Assembly: GCF_902459465.1 (NCBI RefSeq)
Contig: NC_047066.1
Location: 14,384,001 to 14,448,000, forward strand
Length of the DNA: 64,000 nucleotides
Source of the DNA: Asterias rubens
Lineage: Eukaryota
Direction of reading: 5' to 3'
Below, in pieces: positions 59,900 through 64,000 of the stretch. The position numbers and the translations under genes were made by a program. Below the pieces are notes generated by a model. It was not told the DNA's origin. It saw only the letters and a list, made by a program, of their open reading frames with translations, and did no database searches. How positions within the stretch are numbered: the stretch's first letter is position 1; the number at the start of each line of letters is the position of its first letter.

Positions 59900-60042
59900 A
59901 TATCGACACATTGCAATTCCACTGGGGTAGTAAGTTAGTGACTACACTATGGACGTCAGTTCCTTGCTGGTACGGTGTGTCCTTTGTGACGGGTGTGGCT
60001 ACTCTCCTTATGGTGATACTTTGGTGGAACAAGAATGATAAT
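59900..60042 (+). CDS. TYW1: TYW1 exon 2 (transmembrane segment)
   Basis: ttgtAG|ATATCGAC...GATAAT|GTAAGT; encodes YGVSFVTGVATLLMVILWW. Confidence 0.75.
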
Positions 60043-60374
60043 GTAAGTAAAACAGGAAAACCAGCAGTCGACTTTATGAACTCTAGGATTTATCCTACCT
60101 TGAGTTAGGACGAGTAACCCGTCCTAACTTTAGGGAGGGTTCAATGCGTCCTAACGTCTATGGATGCAGCTTTTAACTGTCCTTTATCCTAAGATTAATC
60201 CCAAGTTAGGAAGAGTTTGTTGAAATCGACGACCGGCTTCTTAATAATGGCTTCTTGTAGCGCTCATATCCGTCACCCTGTGACTCTCAAGGCGTTTCAA
60301 CATTAGGTACATGTATACCAGGGTATGTGGGGCTAAGACTGAGCCCTACATATACTTAATACTTCATCACAAAG

Positions 60375-60665
60375 CACCATTTAGGGGGCTTACAAGGTGC
60401 TGTGGCTCAATATGCAGCCAATCAAACCAGGAACACCAGGCAGGGTGGACCCCTTGTCCCTTAGATAAGTGCACTTGGGTTCTTTGATGTGCTTTACACA
60501 ACATGGGACCAATGGCTCTACGTCCCATCCGAAGGATGAAGCAATCACGGTTAAGTGTCTTGCTTTTAAAAGTACACAAGTGTCATGACCGGTACTTGAA
60601 CCCACACTCTGTTGATCAGAAATACTAGAGCTTGAGTCCGGTGCTCTTATCCGCTTGGCACGACA
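60375..60665 (-). mobile_element. tRNA-derived SINE
   Basis: Same head and body as the 46070 and 54501 copies. Confidence 0.8.
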
Positions 60666-60760
60666 GTGGAACTTGTAGTTCAATCAGTTCCATGGAACTT
60701 GATATGCTGTTTTTCAAAAAAAGCTCATTGACAAATCTAGGTGTTTTCTTTGTTCTACAG

Positions 60761-60955
60761 GAAGTTGAGAATTTTGTGCCAAATGCTGCCCCGAGGAGGC
60801 CAACAGAGGGCGACAGAGAGCCGACTCAACAGCAGACATCCCGGGCCCAAGCAGCCAACCAGAATGGGCGTTTGCTGAAAAAAAGTTCTGAAATCACTTC
60901 TGAGAAGAAGGGCAGGCTGAGAGTTTTCTATGGCACACAAACTGGGACTGCCAAG
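60761..60955 (+). CDS. TYW1: TYW1 exon 3 (start of flavodoxin domain)
   Basis: …LRVFYGTQTGTAK|gt, flavodoxin FMN-binding loop; 195 nt. Confidence 0.92.
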
Positions 60956-60980
60956 GTTAATACCCCCCCCCCCCTCTTAA

Positions 60981-61353
60981 AGACAGTGGACTCTATTGGT
61001 AATGGTATTGGTCTTCTCACTTGGTGTATCTCAAAATCTGCATAAAATAATGAACCTGTGAAACTTTGAGCTCAATTGGCCGTTGAAGTTGCGAGATAAT
61101 AATGAAAAAAAAAACCACCCTGGTCACACAAAGTTGTGTGCTTTCAGATGTTTGATTTCGAGACCTCAAATTCTAAATCTGAGGCCTCAAAACCAAATTT
61201 GCGGAAAATTAGTTCTTTCTCGAAAACTCATCACTTCAGAAGGAGCCTTTTCTCACAATGTTTTATACTATCAACCTCTCCCAATTACTCGTGACAAAGT
61301 GAGGTTTTATGCTAATCATTATTTTGAGTAATTACCAATAGTGTCCACTACCT
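60981..61353. mobile_element. Kolobok-type MITE
   Basis: ttaa|agacagtggactct...agtgtccactacct|ttaa. Confidence 0.8.
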
Positions 61354-61837
61354 TTAAATCATGTCTTTAGATGGTAGTGGTAGATATCAACTTTTTTTCA
61401 AAAGACACTGGACACATTTGGTAATTGCACCTGGGGTGGATTTCACAAAAAGTGAAGACTAGTCTTATCTCAAGTTAGGACAAGTTACTCGTCCCAACTT
61501 AGGACTAGCCATACGTATTTCATTACTCCTAAGTTAGGACTAGTCCTAACTCTATGTGAAATCGACCCCAGTATTCTCAATTGCGTATCCCAACAAATGC
61601 ATAAAATAACAAATCTGTGGAAATTTGGGCTCAATTGGTCATTGAAGTTGCAAAAGAATAATAAGAAGTTCTTGGTCAAAAAGCCTTTAGTGCAGCTGGG
61701 CCAATAATTTGGAGCAAGCTCTAAAGACTCACCTTTTTCCATGTTAATTGCTTTTATGTGCGCTATGATCTGAACACGGGTAGTGCCTTATAAATTGCGA
61801 TTGTTATGTAATTGGTTTGTTTGTGTTGATCATTCAG

Positions 61838-61939
61838 AGTTTCGCAGAGGATCTCGCAAAGGCAGCAACCGCAAGTGGCATGTCTGCAGAGGTCGTTGAC
61901 CTACTCACCTTTGACCCAGAAAGTCATATTCTTCCAGAG
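61838..61939 (+). CDS. TYW1: TYW1 exon 4
   Basis: AG|SFAEDLAKAATASGMSAEVVDLLTFDPESHILPE|GTAAGG; 102 nt. Confidence 0.88.
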
Positions 61940-62186
61940 GTAAGGTCAAAGGTTGATAAGCAGCTTTATAAAATGGGCCTGGGCTGAAGCTAGCCATTAA
62001 AAGTAGTAGCGATGTACACAGTTTTGATGTTCTGAGTTGATTTTGTTAGTAACAGCTTAATGAAGTTGGGCCCTGATCTTGTTATTACTGATAAAAACAA
62101 ATATTTTTGAAATAATGTATTATAGAATATTTGTTTTCCCCCTAAATTTCCCAATTCAGAGTGTACCTCTTTTGTTTGTTACACAG

Positions 62187-62381
62187 ACTGAGGGACTGGT
62201 CACCTGCGTCTTCATTCTAGCCACATATTCTGAAGGACTGCCAACAAAGAGTGCTACCTGGTTCTGTCAGTGGTTGGAGGAATCAACCACTGATTTCAGG
62301 GTTCACAAGTCCCTCCTCAAGGGACTAAAGTATGCTGTGTTTGGACTCGGAAACTCACTCTATGAAGGCCATTATAATCAG
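62187..62381 (+). CDS. TYW1: TYW1 exon 5
   Basis: CVFILATYSEGLPTKSATWFCQWLEE..DFRV.K..LKGLKYAVFGLGNSLY, highly TYW1-like; 195 nt. Confidence 0.93.
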
Positions 62382-62489
62382 GTAGAATAATACCTAGACC
62401 CAGTTAAACTGGGGCGCTGTACTCCTTTTTTCAAAAATGTCATTATCGTAATGCAAAAAATTTGAAAAAAAGAAGTACAGCACCCCAGT

Positions 62490-62822
62490 TTCTGGGTCTA
62501 AATAATACCAAGTTTTATTAAGCGCTTATCACAACCGAAGAGCGTATCAAAGCGCTTCATTACCCCTGGTCACTGGGCCTTAATCCATTTCTTAAACCAT
62601 CTCGGCTCCCTGGGGAATATAAAGCCTGTGCAAAAAATGTGCCCTATTTGGCTAAATCAAACGCAAGAACCATCTCTGCCCTCACAGGTACCCATTTACC
62701 CCTGGGTGGAATTATAGTCAAGTGTCTTGCTCAGGGACACAGTCGTCACAACCAAGATTCAAACCCACAATCTGCTGAACAGAAACACCAGAGCTTGAGT
62801 TCGGTACTCTTATCTGCTCGAA
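62490..62822 (-). mobile_element. tRNA-derived SINE (different tail)
   Basis: Head reverse complement aaacccacaatctgctgaacagaaacaccagagcttgag as in the other copies. Confidence 0.7.
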
Positions 62823-63421
62823 AAAAAAACACCATTTACACTGTCTTGTCAAAATTAATCCAGGACAGGTAGTTAGATAACAAATATTAGTTTATATGGC
62901 TAAAAATTTTAATTTGAGCTCAGATTAGGGAATATTCTTCCTGCGTTCGGACATATTTGCTACAGATTTTCGCCGATATTTTAAAAACGTGCTCACCATT
63001 TATCATATACATTTACAATTTGTATAAAATTAGAACAAGCGAGCGGTTTCAAAAATCAAAGGTATAGACCGTGTGAACTTTGTTTACAATAGGTGTGACC
63101 TTGTACACTCTTTGGCTTTTCTGGCAGGCAAGATACTACACTGGTCATATGGAAAAGTTTACAATTTGTGTCATAATTTCCACATCAATCCGAGAGTTAT
63201 GAAAGTAAAAGCTGGCGTGCCCCCTTTCATCAAATCAAAAGTTCATAAGAATTAGACAGTGCAATCTCAATTTTATGTTTTCTTCCATCGGGCTGTGTAC
63301 AAATCAAACCTGCTGGAAGTTCAGGCTTGGTGGCTCTTTTATAAACATGTGATGTCACAAGTCACATCGTCTGTACTTTGCCGCTACAATGTTGTTGTTG
63401 TTGTAAATGTGTGTTTTATAG

Positions 63422-63521
63422 GTCGGGAAGAATGTAGATAGCTGGCTCAGCATCCTGAGTGCATCAGCTGTGGTGGAGAGAGGGGAGGGAGATCAGAATG
63501 TTGCTGAGAGCAAACATGGAG
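63422..63521 (+). CDS. TYW1: TYW1 exon 6 (gene continues beyond the window)
   Basis: AG|VGKNVDSWLSILSASAVVERGEGDQNVAESKHG|GT matches the TYW1 VGKNVD..GEGD..SKHG motif. Confidence 0.92.
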
Positions 63522-64000
63522 GTAAATCCCTTTGGAGTTAGTGAAATCAAACAAACGAATACTAAGTATTTATAAAGTGCAAATAGAAAAATTGCTAGTG
63601 GTGTAGTGAATAAGAAGTGGTTTTAAACAGGCACTGAACACTTCTGGTAATTACTCAATATATTTATTAGCATAAAAAGCAATGGAGAGCTGTGGATAGT
63701 ATAAAACATTGTTAGAAACGGCTCCCCCAGAAATAACGTAATTTTTGAGAAAGGGGTAATTTCTCGGTCAAACATTTGCATCTAATAAAAAACTTGAAGC
63801 CATTTTTAGGCATCTGAAAGCACACATTTGTGTGAACGTCAAAACATTTGATCCCAAATGCCCCACCTATTAGTTAAAAATATCCTACAGAGAATTTTGC
63901 GGACTCTATTCAGCAGATAAGTTATTTATCTACCCAATACATTTCATTTCATCATGTGTCACCTCTACAATTTTGCTGTAAAATTTGAACTTTTTGCAGG

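Overview
AT-rich animal genomic DNA with spliceosomal introns; the repeat families suggest an echinoderm, probably a sea star (inference). The first ~46 kb is a tandem array of seven intact + strand TRIM genes (RING, two B-boxes, coiled coil, NHL-like beta-propeller). Each has a single coding exon preceded by a conserved upstream exon and intron. The RING/B-box/coiled-coil halves are almost identical between copies, while the propeller loops are hypervariable and mosaic, which makes this a candidate diversified recognition or immune module. Two copies have lost their putative promoter. The right part holds exons 1-2 of malectin (minus strand), head-to-head with exons 1-6 of TYW1 (plus strand). 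I could not find the remaining malectin exons, so the TRIM array may lie inside a malectin intron. The window has many non-autonomous transposons with readable terminal inverted repeats (TIRs) and target-site duplications (TSDs), tRNA-derived SINEs, an L2-type LINE tail, and three Penelope-type insertions carrying minimal hammerhead ribozyme motifs. All comparisons were made by eye; no database search was run.
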